Positions 10,903 through 19,859 of a DNA stretch of 22,350 nt are shown one piece after another. The notes below the pieces were generated by a model. The model was not told the origin of the DNA. It searched no databases and saw nothing but the letters and a program-made list of their open reading frames with translations. The DNA is from a virus: UHGV virus genome UHGV-0185671. The stretch is one strand, 5' to 3'. A program made the translations under genes and the position numbers. Each line of letters starts with the position of its first letter. Within the stretch, counting starts at the first letter, position 1.

Positions 10903-12731
10903 TGAAAGTAACTGCAAACGGTAAGACATTTACCTTCCCTGATGGTACGAGCACGGAAGATATTGGCACCGCCATTGATGAGTATTTTGCTGGTCAGGCT
11001 GTTCAGCAACAAACAGTTAATCAGGCCAATAATGAACCAGCACGTGAAGAACCATCATTGATGCAACAAGCTGGCGATTTGCTCACTGGTGGTCAAAGTG
11101 CAGGGCAAATTGCTGAACAGGCTGGTCGCGGTCTGGTAAACATACCATTTGACGTATTGCAGGGTGGCGCAAGTCTGATTAATGCAATCAGCCAGGGGCT
11201 TGGTGGCCCCAAGGTTTTGGATGATGTTTATCGTCCAGTAGACAGACCGACAGACCCCTACGCTCAAGCTGGAGAAACAATTGGCGGGTATTTAGTTCCA
11301 GGAGTTGGAACGGCAGGAAGCATGGCTATTGGATCACTGGCAGAGGCCGCAAATCAGAAAGGCGATTTCGCACAAAATGCAGCTAAAAATGCCGGAGTTA
11401 ACCTTGCCGCTCAGGGTGTTCTTTCCGCAGCAGCAAAGGGAATAGGGCGTGGAATTACTGCTGTTCGTGGCGAAATATCACCCGCAGATCAGCAATTGCT
11501 CAAGCGTGCCGCTGCGGCAGATGTACCAGTTATGACATCGGATGTAGTTCCGCCAAAAACAAAACTTGGCAATCAACTGCAGGGTTACTCAGAAGGAGTC
11601 ATCGCTGGGACTGGACCAATGAGAGCCGCACAGCAGGATGCTAGAACCAAGCTTGTTAATCGCTTCACCGAAAAATACGGCGACTACGATCCATCTGTAG
11701 TAGTTGATAGTCTAAAGTCAGGCGTTGCAAGGGAAAAATCGTTAGCCAAGTCAAAACTAAACAACCTGTCAGGAAGAATGGTTGGAAAGCCAGTTGATAC
11801 AAGTGGCGCCATAAGAGCTATAGACGGAGCAGTAAACGAACTTGGGAAACTTAAAGGTGTTTCTGACACCCAGACCATTTCTGCGCTTAATGATTATAAG
11901 AATGCCATTCAGGAGATAACAAATGGAGATGATGCCTTTGAGTTACTTGATAAGCTGAGAACTCAGTTCCGCATTGACGTAAAAGGCGATCGTACAGTTC
12001 TGCCATCAATGTCGCAAACAATGGTCGACAGGGTCTACAACTCGCTAACCAATAGCCTTAGTAAATCTATAGCGAAAGGACTTAGCCCAAAAGATGCTTC
12101 AGCATGGAGAGCAGGAAAAGCTGATTATGCAAAAATGGCAACACATGCAACTCAGACGCGCCTTAAAAACGTTCTAAACAAAGGAGATTTAACTCCCGAG
12201 GCTGTAAATACCATTGTTTATGGACAATATGGGTCAGATATAGCTCGATTGTACGGGAAACTCGATCAAAAAGGTAAAGACATGCTAAGGGCTGCATATA
12301 TCAGCAAAATAGCTGACAAGGTAGGTGACAGCACTCAGAAAATGATGATCGAGCTTGGCAAGCTGCAAAAACAAGCAAATGGTCAGGTGTTTAAAACTGT
12401 ATTTGGCGGGAAGAACGGAAAAGAGATAGAGGGAATGTTATCTATTCTCGATGCTACCAAAAGAGCATCTGAGGCTAATGTTGTGACGAAGACTGGCATG
12501 ACACTCGCGCCTTTGGTAAGGGTTATTGGTAACCTAAAAACCGGAGGCGCGCTATTGGCTGGGGAAACAGGGATTGGCCTTATGTCTAGGGTTTATGAAA
12601 GCACTATGGCTAGGAATGCGCTCTTACGTCTGGCAAACACTAAAGCTGGAACGCCAGCTTATGAAAGAGCGTTAAGCAAAGCTGCAAATGTCATCAGACC
12701 GCTGCTTGCCACTGAGGTAACACAGCAGTGA
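10899..12731 (+). CDS. Ejection protein gp16-like, 610 aa
   Basis: Position and size (P22 gp16 about 609 aa); start overlaps gp20 stop (ATGA); last gene of the rightward virion block. Confidence 0.82.
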   Translation: MMKVTANGKTFTFPDGTSTEDIGTAIDEYFAGQAVQQQTVNQANNEPAREEPSLMQQAGDLLTGGQSAGQIAEQAGRGLVNIPFDVLQGGASLINAISQGLGGPKVLDDVYRPVDRPTDPYAQAGETIGGYLVPGVGTAGSMAIGSLAEAANQKGDFAQNAAKNAGVNLAAQGVLSAAAKGIGRGITAVRGEISPADQQLLKRAAAADVPVMTSDVVPPKTKLGNQLQGYSEGVIAGTGPMRAAQQDARTKLVNRFTEKYGDYDPSVVVDSLKSGVAREKSLAKSKLNNLSGRMVGKPVDTSGAIRAIDGAVNELGKLKGVSDTQTISALNDYKNAIQEITNGDDAFELLDKLRTQFRIDVKGDRTVLPSMSQTMVDRVYNSLTNSLSKSIAKGLSPKDASAWRAGKADYAKMATHATQTRLKNVLNKGDLTPEAVNTIVYGQYGSDIARLYGKLDQKGKDMLRAAYISKIADKVGDSTQKMMIELGKLQKQANGQVFKTVFGGKNGKEIEGMLSILDATKRASEANVVTKTGMTLAPLVRVIGNLKTGGALLAGETGIGLMSRVYESTMARNALLRLANTKAGTPAYERALSKAANVIRPLLATEVTQQ

Positions 12732-12748
12732 CTAAATGCCATGGATGG

Positions 12749-13000
12749 CTATTTCCCTAGCACATGAAACAATGTTTGCTTTAATTCCACCCATACAATT
12801 ATGACCACTATAGACAGACAAAAGAAACTGAATGCATTGGCATCACGATCGAAACCTTCTCCGGCACTAAATCCGTAAAAGGTCATAAAAAATATAAAAA
12901 TTGCGCACTTTGCAACGTTTATAAATTTTTTCTTCACGCCAACCTCCTTAGTTTTGTGCAGGATACCAGATGATTTGGAGTGAGATAAAGGTTTGTCCAC
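12749..13000 (-). CDS. Hypothetical small membrane protein, 83 aa
   Basis: Minus-strand ORF with two hydrophobic stretches (AIFIFFMTFYGF; FFCLSIVVIIVWV); AT-rich; convergent with gene 16 and downstream of the PIN gene. Could be a third member of the leftward accessory operon or a sieA-like remnant; weakly supported. Confidence 0.35.
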   Translation of the reverse strand: MDKPLSHSKSSGILHKTKEVGVKKKFINVAKCAIFIFFMTFYGFSAGEGFDRDANAFSFFCLSIVVIIVWVELKQTLFHVLGK

Positions 13001-13064
13001 TTTTGGCTATAGCTTTATGTATCCGTGACGGATGTAATTATCACGGATGCATAAAAATTATATT

Positions 13065-13613
13065 TTAGTGTAATCTCTGATCGTCTGAATCTTGTAAGAA
13101 CTCCATGAGACTTTGAACCGGAATTGGTTCTATTGATGATAATGTGAACACAGGAATATTGAGACTTTTGCAACGCTCAAACACTCCCTTATCATGAGTC
13201 CATACCTCGTCAGCATTAATTGCTCTTGCAATTGCTATTATTTGTCTGTCAAACTTAATTTTGTTTGCTGTACCTTCTGTGCTAATTTTCCTTAATTCTT
13301 TTAATGTTGGTATCGATGCGCATTCAATAGCAGCCAACTCATCAAATGATACAGTCTCGAAGCATGATAACGATTTGATAACATTCAGTTTTTCTTGTTG
13401 GTAATCTTTATGGATTCCAACTAAAAACTCCGCCAATACAGGAGTTGGAACGATGATTGTCCCGTTCTTGTTATCTATCCGATCAACAAGAGCTTCTGCT
13501 CTTCTTTTGGCATCTGGAATCTCAGAACCAAGTATAGGGTCAGATAATCTATAATCGTGTTCTATATCTGATAGTAGGTATACCAGAATATTGGTATCTA
13601 AAATTACTCGCAA
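13065..13613 (-). CDS. PIN-domain nuclease (VapC-like toxin/effector), 182 aa
   Basis: N-terminal MRVILDTNILVYLL beta-strand with Asp6, then Glu62 (VLAEF), Asp122 (FDRQIIAIARA) and Asp141 (WTHDKG), the canonical four-acidic PIN arrangement. TTG start at 13611-13613 with a GAGGA RBS 7 nt upstream; start overlaps the stop of the upstream gene by 10 nt. Confidence 0.75.
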   Translation of the reverse strand: MRVILDTNILVYLLSDIEHDYRLSDPILGSEIPDAKRRAEALVDRIDNKNGTIIVPTPVLAEFLVGIHKDYQQEKLNVIKSLSCFETVSFDELAAIECASIPTLKELRKISTEGTANKIKFDRQIIAIARAINADEVWTHDKGVFERCKSLNIPVFTLSSIEPIPVQSLMEFLQDSDDQRLH

Positions 13614-14323
13614 TTTATCTTCCTCAGAGTCCTAAGGATTGAATCAACATCGCGTTCCTCGGACCACTGATCTCCAGGAACTTGCTTGATAGCATTAATA
13701 GCATCCTTGAGTGATGATTTTTTGAGCAATGCAAATGAAGTTATTTTTAGTTTCTTTAGCTCCCATTTGTTGTTCTTTTTTTCCCAGCACCCATCTCCTT
13801 TAACCCTAATATATTTGAATAGATGGGACCCAAGAGCTGCTGCCAAATCAGGGGTTGCCTCGCACTTGAATGTTTCACCGTTGACTCCCTCAATACGCAC
13901 AGGTATTGAGTTGTCTTTTCCGCCAACACTGTATAGCCTTCCTTGAACTTCTGACGTTTTTGTTATGAGTAAAGGGATTGGCTCCTTTTTTACTCGCGGG
14001 AATGCGATAATGGTTGAGTGGTTTCGTCCGAGTAGTTTCGCTGAAAAACCATCATGTTCCAGTAAATTAACAATTTTTTGATACGCAGGTGATTTCTCTT
14101 TGGCTGAGAGAGAGGCCCTTGCTATGACAGCGTTATAACAAATATCATTATCGACCCATGCATTTAAGTCAGCCGATCCTTCACTTACACAGTCGAAGTG
14201 AACAGAATCTGCAGAACCGTATAGATCTACGAGAGCAGACATATACTTGACCAACTTAGCCATTGACAGCTGGCTAGGGGTGGTTCCGTCAAGTTTTAAT
14301 GTGAGTCCATTGCTTTTTTTCAT
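13604..14323 (-). CDS. Uncharacterised protein partnered with PIN nuclease (candidate sensor/antitoxin), 239 aa
   Basis: ATG at 14321-14323 (minus); long uninterrupted ORF; stop overlaps the PIN start, suggesting translational coupling; no recognisable DNA-binding or catalytic motif by eye; AT-rich relative to flanking virion genes. Confidence 0.65.
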   Translation of the reverse strand: MKKSNGLTLKLDGTTPSQLSMAKLVKYMSALVDLYGSADSVHFDCVSEGSADLNAWVDNDICYNAVIARASLSAKEKSPAYQKIVNLLEHDGFSAKLLGRNHSTIIAFPRVKKEPIPLLITKTSEVQGRLYSVGGKDNSIPVRIEGVNGETFKCEATPDLAAALGSHLFKYIRVKGDGCWEKKNNKWELKKLKITSFALLKKSSLKDAINAIKQVPGDQWSEERDVDSILRTLRKINCE

Positions 14324-14372
14324 TTGTCATCACGCGAGCCAATATCGATATGGTTAACTGTACGTCATAAGC

Positions 14373-14627
14373 CTATAACTTACTTTTGCTATAAATATTT
14401 TTCAGCGTTTCAAAGACCATCTTCTTAACAACGTCAGATTGCTCATCCGCGACTCGCTCAGCTTCGTCTCGATAGCCTACAATTGATGATGGCTTTGAGA
14501 GAGCATCCTGAACGATTTGTAATAACTCAGAGTTCATTGACCTTCCGTTAGCCTCTGCTCTTAATTTCAATTTTTCTCTTACTTCCAAAGGCATACGGAA
14601 GTTAAAGTGCGGATCGTCTCTAGCCAT
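14373..14627 (-). CDS. mnt: Mnt repressor (ribbon-helix-helix), 84 aa
   Basis: Translation MARDDPHFNFRMPLEVREKLKLRAEANGRSMNSELLQIVQDALSKPS... closely matches P22 Mnt as recalled; ATG at 14625-14627 (minus). The longer ORF-track call (to 14918) is an upstream extension across the promoter region. Confidence 0.9.
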   Translation of the reverse strand: MARDDPHFNFRMPLEVREKLKLRAEANGRSMNSELLQIVQDALSKPSSIVGYRDEAERVADEQSDVVKKMVFETLKNIYSKSKL

Positions 14628-14649
14628 GCCATCACCCCAAGTTAGTGTA

Positions 14650-14701
14650 TTGACATGATAGAAGCACTCTACTATATTCTCAATAGGTCCACGGTGGACC
14701 C
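14650..14701 (+). promoter_or_regulatory. immI control region: Pant promoter (-35 TTGACA 14650-14655), Arc operator (ATGATAGAAGCACTCTACTAT, 14655-14675), Mnt operator palindrome (GGTCCACGGTGGACC, 14686-14700); divergent Pmnt overlaps
   Basis: Sequences seen directly; they match the P22 Arc operator and the symmetric Mnt operator described in the literature on P22 immI. Confidence 0.85.
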
Positions 14702-14717
14702 ATGTTGTGAGGTGAAT

Positions 14718-14876
14718 ATGAAAGGAATGAGCAAAATGCCGCAGTTCAATTTGCGGTGGCCTAAAGAAGTATTGGATTTGGTGCGCAAGGTAGCTGAAGA
14801 GAACGGGCGATCTGTTAACTCTGAGATTTACAAGCGAGTGATGGACAGCCTGAAGAGAGAGGGGATAACGGTATGA
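14718..14876 (+). CDS. arc: Arc repressor (ribbon-helix-helix), 52 aa
   Basis: Translation MKGMSKMPQFNLRWPKEVLDLVRKVAEENGRSVNSEIYKRVM... near-identical to P22 Arc as recalled; GAGGTGA RBS upstream of ATG 14718. Confidence 0.92.
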   Translation: MKGMSKMPQFNLRWPKEVLDLVRKVAEENGRSVNSEIYKRVMDSLKREGITV

Positions 14877-15097
14877 AGGTATCTTATATAGATTGCGACT
14901 TCTGTCATGCATCCACATTGACAGATAAAGAAGCTGTTATGTTCACTAATATTGACAGGAAAGCTATTGGTTATCGAGAAGTCCACATCTGTAATAAGTG
15001 CATTGTTGATGCTTGGGAAGCACTAAACGGTAAAGATAAGAATTTTTATCTCAGAGCAACTGTAGAAGGTAGGCACTTTAAAGAAGTGAAAAGTTGA
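14873..15097 (+). CDS. Hypothetical Cys4 zinc-ribbon protein, 74 aa (insertion between arc and ant)
   Basis: ATG overlaps arc stop (ATGA at 14873-14876); two CxxC pairs (CDFC and CNKC) about 29 residues apart; markedly AT-rich compared with arc and ant. Confidence 0.55.
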   Translation: MKVSYIDCDFCHASTLTDKEAVMFTNIDRKAIGYREVHICNKCIVDAWEALNGKDKNFYLRATVEGRHFKEVKS

Positions 15098-15159
15098 AGC
15101 CCCAACTGCGGTAACAGTCAGGGCTTCGGTTGTCAGTAAATCTTTGGAGAAAAACCAAC

Positions 15160-16062
15160 ATGAATAGTATAGCAATTTTAGAAGCAGTGAACACCTCTTA
15201 CGTACCATTCAACGGTCATCAAATTATCACCGCCATGGCTGCCGGAATTGCATATGTTGCGATGAAGCCAATCGTTGAAAACCTTGGAATGAGCTGGTCA
15301 ACGCAGCAAACAAAACTCATGAAGCAGATTAGCAAATTCAACTGTGTTCATATGAACATGGTTGCCGCTGATGGGAAGCTTCGTAAGCTACTCTGCCTTC
15401 CTTTGAAGAAGTTAAATGGATGGCTGTTCAGCATCAACCCTGAGAAAGTTCGTGCTGACATCCGCGATAAACTGATTCAGTACCAGGAAGAATGCTTTAC
15501 TGTGCTGCATGACTACTGGACAAAGGGAGAGGCAGCAAATGCACGTAAGAAAACATCTGTTGATGACAGGACTCCGCTTCGTGATGCTGTAAATATGTTA
15601 GTCAGCAAAAAGCATCTAATGTACCCAGAAGCTTATGCAATGATTCATCAGCATTTCAATGTGGAAAGTATTGAAGAGCTTGATGCATCTCAGATACCGC
15701 TAGCCGTAGAGTACATCCACAGGGTAGTGCTTGAAGGTGAGTTCATTGGCAAACAAGAGAAGAAAGCAAACGAGCTTTCTGCAAAAGAAGCAAACAGCCT
15801 TGTATGGTTATGGGATTATGCCAACCGTTCACAGGCATTATTCCGCGAACTGTATCCGGCGCTAAAACAAATTCAATCGAACTATTCCGGCAGATGCTAC
15901 GACTACGGTCATGAGTTCTCGTATGTTATCGGAATGGCGAGAGACGTTTTAATCAATCACACACGAGATGTTGATATCAATGAGCCAGACGGACCAACGA
16001 ATCTTTCCGCATGGATGAGACTGAAGAATAAAGAATTACCTCCTTCAGTACATAACTACTGA
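15160..16062 (+). CDS. ant: Antirepressor Ant, 300 aa
   Basis: Translation from ATG 15160 ([29 protein letters not shown]...) matches P22 Ant N-terminus as recalled; GGAG RBS upstream; the ORF-track TTG start at 15130 is rejected. Confidence 0.88.
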   Translation: MNSIAILEAVNTSYVPFNGHQIITAMAAGIAYVAMKPIVENLGMSWSTQQTKLMKQISKFNCVHMNMVAADGKLRKLLCLPLKKLNGWLFSINPEKVRADIRDKLIQYQEECFTVLHDYWTKGEAANARKKTSVDDRTPLRDAVNMLVSKKHLMYPEAYAMIHQHFNVESIEELDASQIPLAVEYIHRVVLEGEFIGKQEKKANELSAKEANSLVWLWDYANRSQALFRELYPALKQIQSNYSGRCYDYGHEFSYVIGMARDVLINHTRDVDINEPDGPTNLSAWMRLKNKELPPSVHNY

Positions 16063-16081
16063 CAGATAACCAACGCAACGA

Positions 16082-16104
16082 CCCAGCTTCGGCTGGGTTT
16101 TTTT
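16082..16104 (+). terminator. Intrinsic terminator downstream of ant
   Basis: CCCAGC-TTCG-GCTGGG stem-loop (16082-16097) followed by TTTTTTT (16098-16104). Confidence 0.75.
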
Positions 16105-16162
16105 ATGCCCAAAATTCACCGTAGCCATGCTGCGGCGATTCCTTGTATCTGGAGCAAATTAA

Positions 16163-18301
16163 ATGACAGACATTACAGCCAATGTTGTAGTGAGCATGCC
16201 TTCGCAACTCTTCACTATGGCGCGTTCTTTTAAAGCCGTAGCTAATGGCAAAATTTATATCGGTAAAATTGACACTGACCCGGTAAATCCTGATAACCAG
16301 ATTCAGGTCTATGTTGAGAACGAAGATGGCTCTCACGTTCCTGTTGCACAGCCAATCGTCATCAATGCCGCAGGGTATCCAGTATATAACGGACAGATTG
16401 CCAAGTTCGTAACTGTGCAAGGCCATTCTATGGCTGTTTATGATGCGTATGGTACGCAGCAGTTCTATTTTCCGAATGTGCTGAAGTATGACCCTGATCA
16501 GCTACGGCAGCAATTAGAAGACCCGGATGGAGCTAAAAAATATCCTGAATTGCAGATATCTCGGTGGAGGGACGATTGTGATGTAAGAGGGTGGGGGGCA
16601 AAAGGCGATGGTATAACAGATGATACATCTGCATTGATCCTGGCTGCAGAATATGCACGAGAATCATCCAGAACATTACGAGCGGAAGGTAATTTTATTA
16701 TTACGGAGACATTAAATCTTCGTAATGTCAGCCTCGAAATGACCAATGCTGTTTTTACCATATCCCACTCAGGAATAGGAGTATTGCTTGGCGGGAATGC
16801 ATCAAACCCTAACAACCCAAAGCAAAACTTCGGAGCGATTATCAGAAATTCTGGCATTTCATCTGAAACGACACCGGATATTCGTATTATCGGGGCAAAA
16901 GGGCAGCATATTAACATTGAGCGTTGCGACTACTTACAGTTATATGCAAATTATAATGCTTCGGTGGCATCGACGGATTATTCAATAGCATACTCAACCT
17001 TTAACCTGAAAAAGGTCGATACAATTCATTTTCTTGGCGTTGAGAACGGATGGATAAATGAAAATTATTTTTATCTGAATCGTACGAATAATATCATTTT
17101 CGCTGATAATCCATATCATCATAACCACAATAAGTTTTATGGTGGAACTATGGAGGGGGAAGGTAAAATTGACATTCAAAGAGGTGATAACAATCACTTC
17201 TATGGGTTTCGTTTTGAACGATATCCATCATCCCCAACTAACCAACAGTTGATAATTAACTTTGGTGAATATACGTGGAATAACTCAATTGAAGCTACAT
17301 GGCTTTCATCTCCTGCGTATACAAATGAGCCATACAATCCATCACCTTACACTTATGTCGAGGTAACTGATAATGGCAAGGGGAATGCAGTATTTCATAT
17401 TCAGGAAAATATATCCGATGAAGTAACATTGTTTTCTTTAAATGCTAACACCCCATTTATATCTAGTGCTAACAATGGAGAGGTTGGTGCATTAGCATAT
17501 CAAACGGATGTTGATGGTTTATATAATATCCGTCACCTGGTTTCTTCTAAGTTTGCTTTTATGAGGAATTTTGGGCTCTTATGGGAATCTGGAGATATAC
17601 CTGTAAGAAATGGTGATATGTTTACATTCTCAGCAGATGCGGCATCGTTTCGTATTTACCTATATGCATTAGATAGAGATGGGAATGTCATAACCTCACA
17701 AACAGAAGCCATAACTTCTTCTATGCAATGGGATTCTGCCAACCATAGGTATGCCACTGCTGTTAATATTTCTTCAATTAAGATCAGGATTAATAATGAA
17801 GGAGTTCCAGTTAGTGCAGTTCGTTTAGCTGTGTATTCTGGTGGTAATGTAGTGAATACTGCATTTTCATGGCTATGCTTAACTGGGAGATATTACAAAA
17901 ATAGCACATCCTTGCCAAGGAAAAGTAAAAATACTTTTACTTTAAAACAAGGGAAAGCAATTACTTATTATAGTGATACTGATATTAGTATGGCTAACAT
18001 TGGTTCAGGAATTACCTGTTATAAAACCGATTTATCTGAACTCAAAATTAATCTTGTAAGGGGCAGGTATGTAGTGAAATCGATTTCAGGTAGTGAAATA
18101 TATGTATACCAAGGAACAATCACTTATTACCCTCCATTCAGTGATATCAAATTGGTATATACGGATGGGATTGAAAATAAATTATTAGATGTGCAAAGCA
18201 TCTCTTCAGGAAAGATTACTCTTGCAGATACAGTACCATCAGCTATATCTGCAGGCGATTTTGTAGATGTTATTGTTACAAAGACGAAATCTATTTTATG
18301 A
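16163..18301 (+). CDS. Tailspike protein (P22 gp9-like head-binding N-domain fused to a divergent beta-helix receptor-binding/depolymerase domain), 712 aa
   Basis: N-terminal about 115 aa ([17 protein letters not shown]...VLKYDPDQ) matches the conserved P22-family tailspike head-binding domain; downstream [11 protein letters not shown] motif is typical of right-handed beta-helix (pectate-lyase-like) depolymerases; the 3' two-thirds is AT-rich. Confidence 0.88.
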   Translation: MTDITANVVVSMPSQLFTMARSFKAVANGKIYIGKIDTDPVNPDNQIQVYVENEDGSHVPVAQPIVINAAGYPVYNGQIAKFVTVQGHSMAVYDAYGTQQFYFPNVLKYDPDQLRQQLEDPDGAKKYPELQISRWRDDCDVRGWGAKGDGITDDTSALILAAEYARESSRTLRAEGNFIITETLNLRNVSLEMTNAVFTISHSGIGVLLGGNASNPNNPKQNFGAIIRNSGISSETTPDIRIIGAKGQHINIERCDYLQLYANYNASVASTDYSIAYSTFNLKKVDTIHFLGVENGWINENYFYLNRTNNIIFADNPYHHNHNKFYGGTMEGEGKIDIQRGDNNHFYGFRFERYPSSPTNQQLIINFGEYTWNNSIEATWLSSPAYTNEPYNPSPYTYVEVTDNGKGNAVFHIQENISDEVTLFSLNANTPFISSANNGEVGALAYQTDVDGLYNIRHLVSSKFAFMRNFGLLWESGDIPVRNGDMFTFSADAASFRIYLYALDRDGNVITSQTEAITSSMQWDSANHRYATAVNISSIKIRINNEGVPVSAVRLAVYSGGNVVNTAFSWLCLTGRYYKNSTSLPRKSKNTFTLKQGKAITYYSDTDISMANIGSGITCYKTDLSELKINLVRGRYVVKSISGSEIYVYQGTITYYPPFSDIKLVYTDGIENKLLDVQSISSGKITLADTVPSAISAGDFVDVIVTKTKSIL

Positions 18302-18335
18302 TGTGTTTATTTATCCTTATGTTAAAGGAGTGATA

Positions 18336-18623
18336 ATGGATATAACACCCTTCCTTCATGCGCTTTGTGCTGTTGTCGCACAGATACTGGTTGGTCTTTT
18401 TACCGGAAACTGGGTTTACGGAGCGATAGCCGGCTGTACGTTCTTCATTGCGCGTGAACACACCCAGGCAGAATATCGCTGGATTGAAATGTTCGGACAT
18501 GGCAAGCGGATTAACATGCCGTGGTGGGGCGGTTTTGACCCACGCGCGTGGGATGTAGCAAGTCTGATGGATTTTTCTGTGCCGGTGGTGGCGTGTCTGC
18601 TGGTCTGGCTGTTGAGCCGTTAA
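18336..18623 (+). CDS. Hypothetical small membrane protein, 95 aa
   Basis: ATG 18336 preceded by AAGGAG; two hydrophobic segments (LCAVVAQILVGLFTG...; VPVVACLLVWLL); lies immediately after tailspike where P22 carries gtr O-antigen conversion genes. Confidence 0.55.
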   Translation: MDITPFLHALCAVVAQILVGLFTGNWVYGAIAGCTFFIAREHTQAEYRWIEMFGHGKRINMPWWGGFDPRAWDVASLMDFSVPVVACLLVWLLSR

Positions 18624-19082
18624 ACATAAGAATCCGCAGTGTCTTGCCATGACAAGTTACAGCGGATGGCTGGTGAACTATCGATAGTGCGAGTATTGAA
18701 TGATTTCCAGCCGTTACTGATTGTACGCATTTTTGTATGAGAGGATTTGCACCACCTCGCATTGACCATCCATGACTGTACGCCACTATCTCTAGGACTG
18801 CTATGTGACAGCAGCAGACAATGCTGACATCCCTGTGCACCAATCAACACGGAGCAAGCCAGTCAGTTTATGAACGGAGTGAGTTGTCAAAAGTTGTTGC
18901 CTGCTTCCATTGGCATCGGAAATTTTTGAGTGTGCACACTCTAAGCTACTGTTGCTTCATAAGGTTGTATTGATATTACTGATACATTAGGTTATGTTTG
19001 AGAGACAACATTAAGGATTATTTTTACTTTTTGTTTACGACAAATATTATATAATTTTATTAATAACTCTATTTAGTAAGGT

Positions 19083-19859
19083 ATGGTTATGAAATTGTAT
19101 TCTGAAAGCTCAGATGAAAAAGATGCATTATATCTGCTTTCTTATATCAATGATGTTATTTTGCCTGCTTCAGTCGATTTTTTTGAAAAACTAGAAGATA
19201 ATTCCTTGAGATTGCATCACGTTTTTTCATTTAATGCAATTCTTGCTCATGCGACAGATTATATAGTTTATATCGTTAACAAAAAAAACAGCATAAAAAG
19301 GATTGATTTCCTGAAAGGTTTTGATGAAAGATACTCTGTAGATGGTTGTTGTTTTATTAATAATAAATTTGAACTTTTAGATGCTGTGAATAATTCCTTT
19401 AAGCATGTTGAGTTAAAAAAGGAACGATATCCTGAACTGATAAAAAGATATGGCGATCTATCATTCCATTGCTTGAAAGAAGATTCTGGAAAAGTTTTTT
19501 TTAGAACGTCTGGATATCAATTTGATTATTCTAGAGTGGTTCTAAGACCAATTGCTAAAATATTCGATTGTGGACTCAAAGATAATAATGATGTTGATGA
19601 TTTTATAAACGGAAGAATATTTGGGAGTTGTGGTTATGGACATTTTCTATATGACTATGAACCATATGATTCAATTGATAGAATGATAGACTACTGTAAC
19701 GCACAATGTATGGATTGTGGTGAGTATGCGGATGACTGCGATTGTCATAATTATGAATACAATAAAGAAAAAGGCAAATATAATCCTGACTTAGATCCTA
19801 ACTTCGATTTTGATGATGTTATGTCAAATATTAGTGGCACAAGGGAATGGAGTAAGTAA
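19083..19859 (+). CDS. Hypothetical Asp/Cys-rich protein, 258 aa (AT-rich cargo)
   Basis: Long ORF in a very AT-rich block with an AT-rich upstream region; C-terminus has clustered Cys/His/Asp (CGYGHF...CNAQCMDCGEYADDCDCH), suggesting metal binding; no family recognised. Confidence 0.55.
   Translation: MVMKLYSESSDEKDALYLLSYINDVILPASVDFFEKLEDNSLRLHHVFSFNAILAHATDYIVYIVNKKNSIKRIDFLKGFDERYSVDGCCFINNKFELLDAVNNSFKHVELKKERYPELIKRYGDLSFHCLKEDSGKVFFRTSGYQFDYSRVVLRPIAKIFDCGLKDNNDVDDFINGRIFGSCGYGHFLYDYEPYDSIDRMIDYCNAQCMDCGEYADDCDCHNYEYNKEKGKYNPDLDPNFDFDDVMSNISGTREWSK

Noticed and set aside
12720-12760. Possible bidirectional terminator between convergent gene 16 and the small minus-strand ORF
   Set aside because: Only a short GCCAT..ATGGC palindrome with a 2-nt loop and no T-run; too weak to call.
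14628-14918. N-terminal 97-aa extension of the mnt ORF (181-aa track ORF)
   Set aside because: It runs antisense through the Pant/operator region and the arc gene; Mnt homology begins at the ATG at 14627, giving the expected 84-aa protein.
15130-15159. TTG-initiated extension of ant
   Set aside because: P22 Ant begins at [10 protein letters not shown]; the ATG at 15160 has a proper GGAG RBS.
16103-16426. 107-aa minus-strand ORF overlapping the tailspike start
   Set aside because: Antisense to the conserved tailspike N-terminal domain and the ant terminator.
18291-18850. Minus-strand ORFs (119, 110, 76 aa) overlapping and following the small membrane gene
   Set aside because: No RBS or recognisable features; the translations look random and one overlaps a plus-strand gene with a good RBS. 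An uncharacterised minus-strand gene in 18650-18850 cannot be fully excluded.
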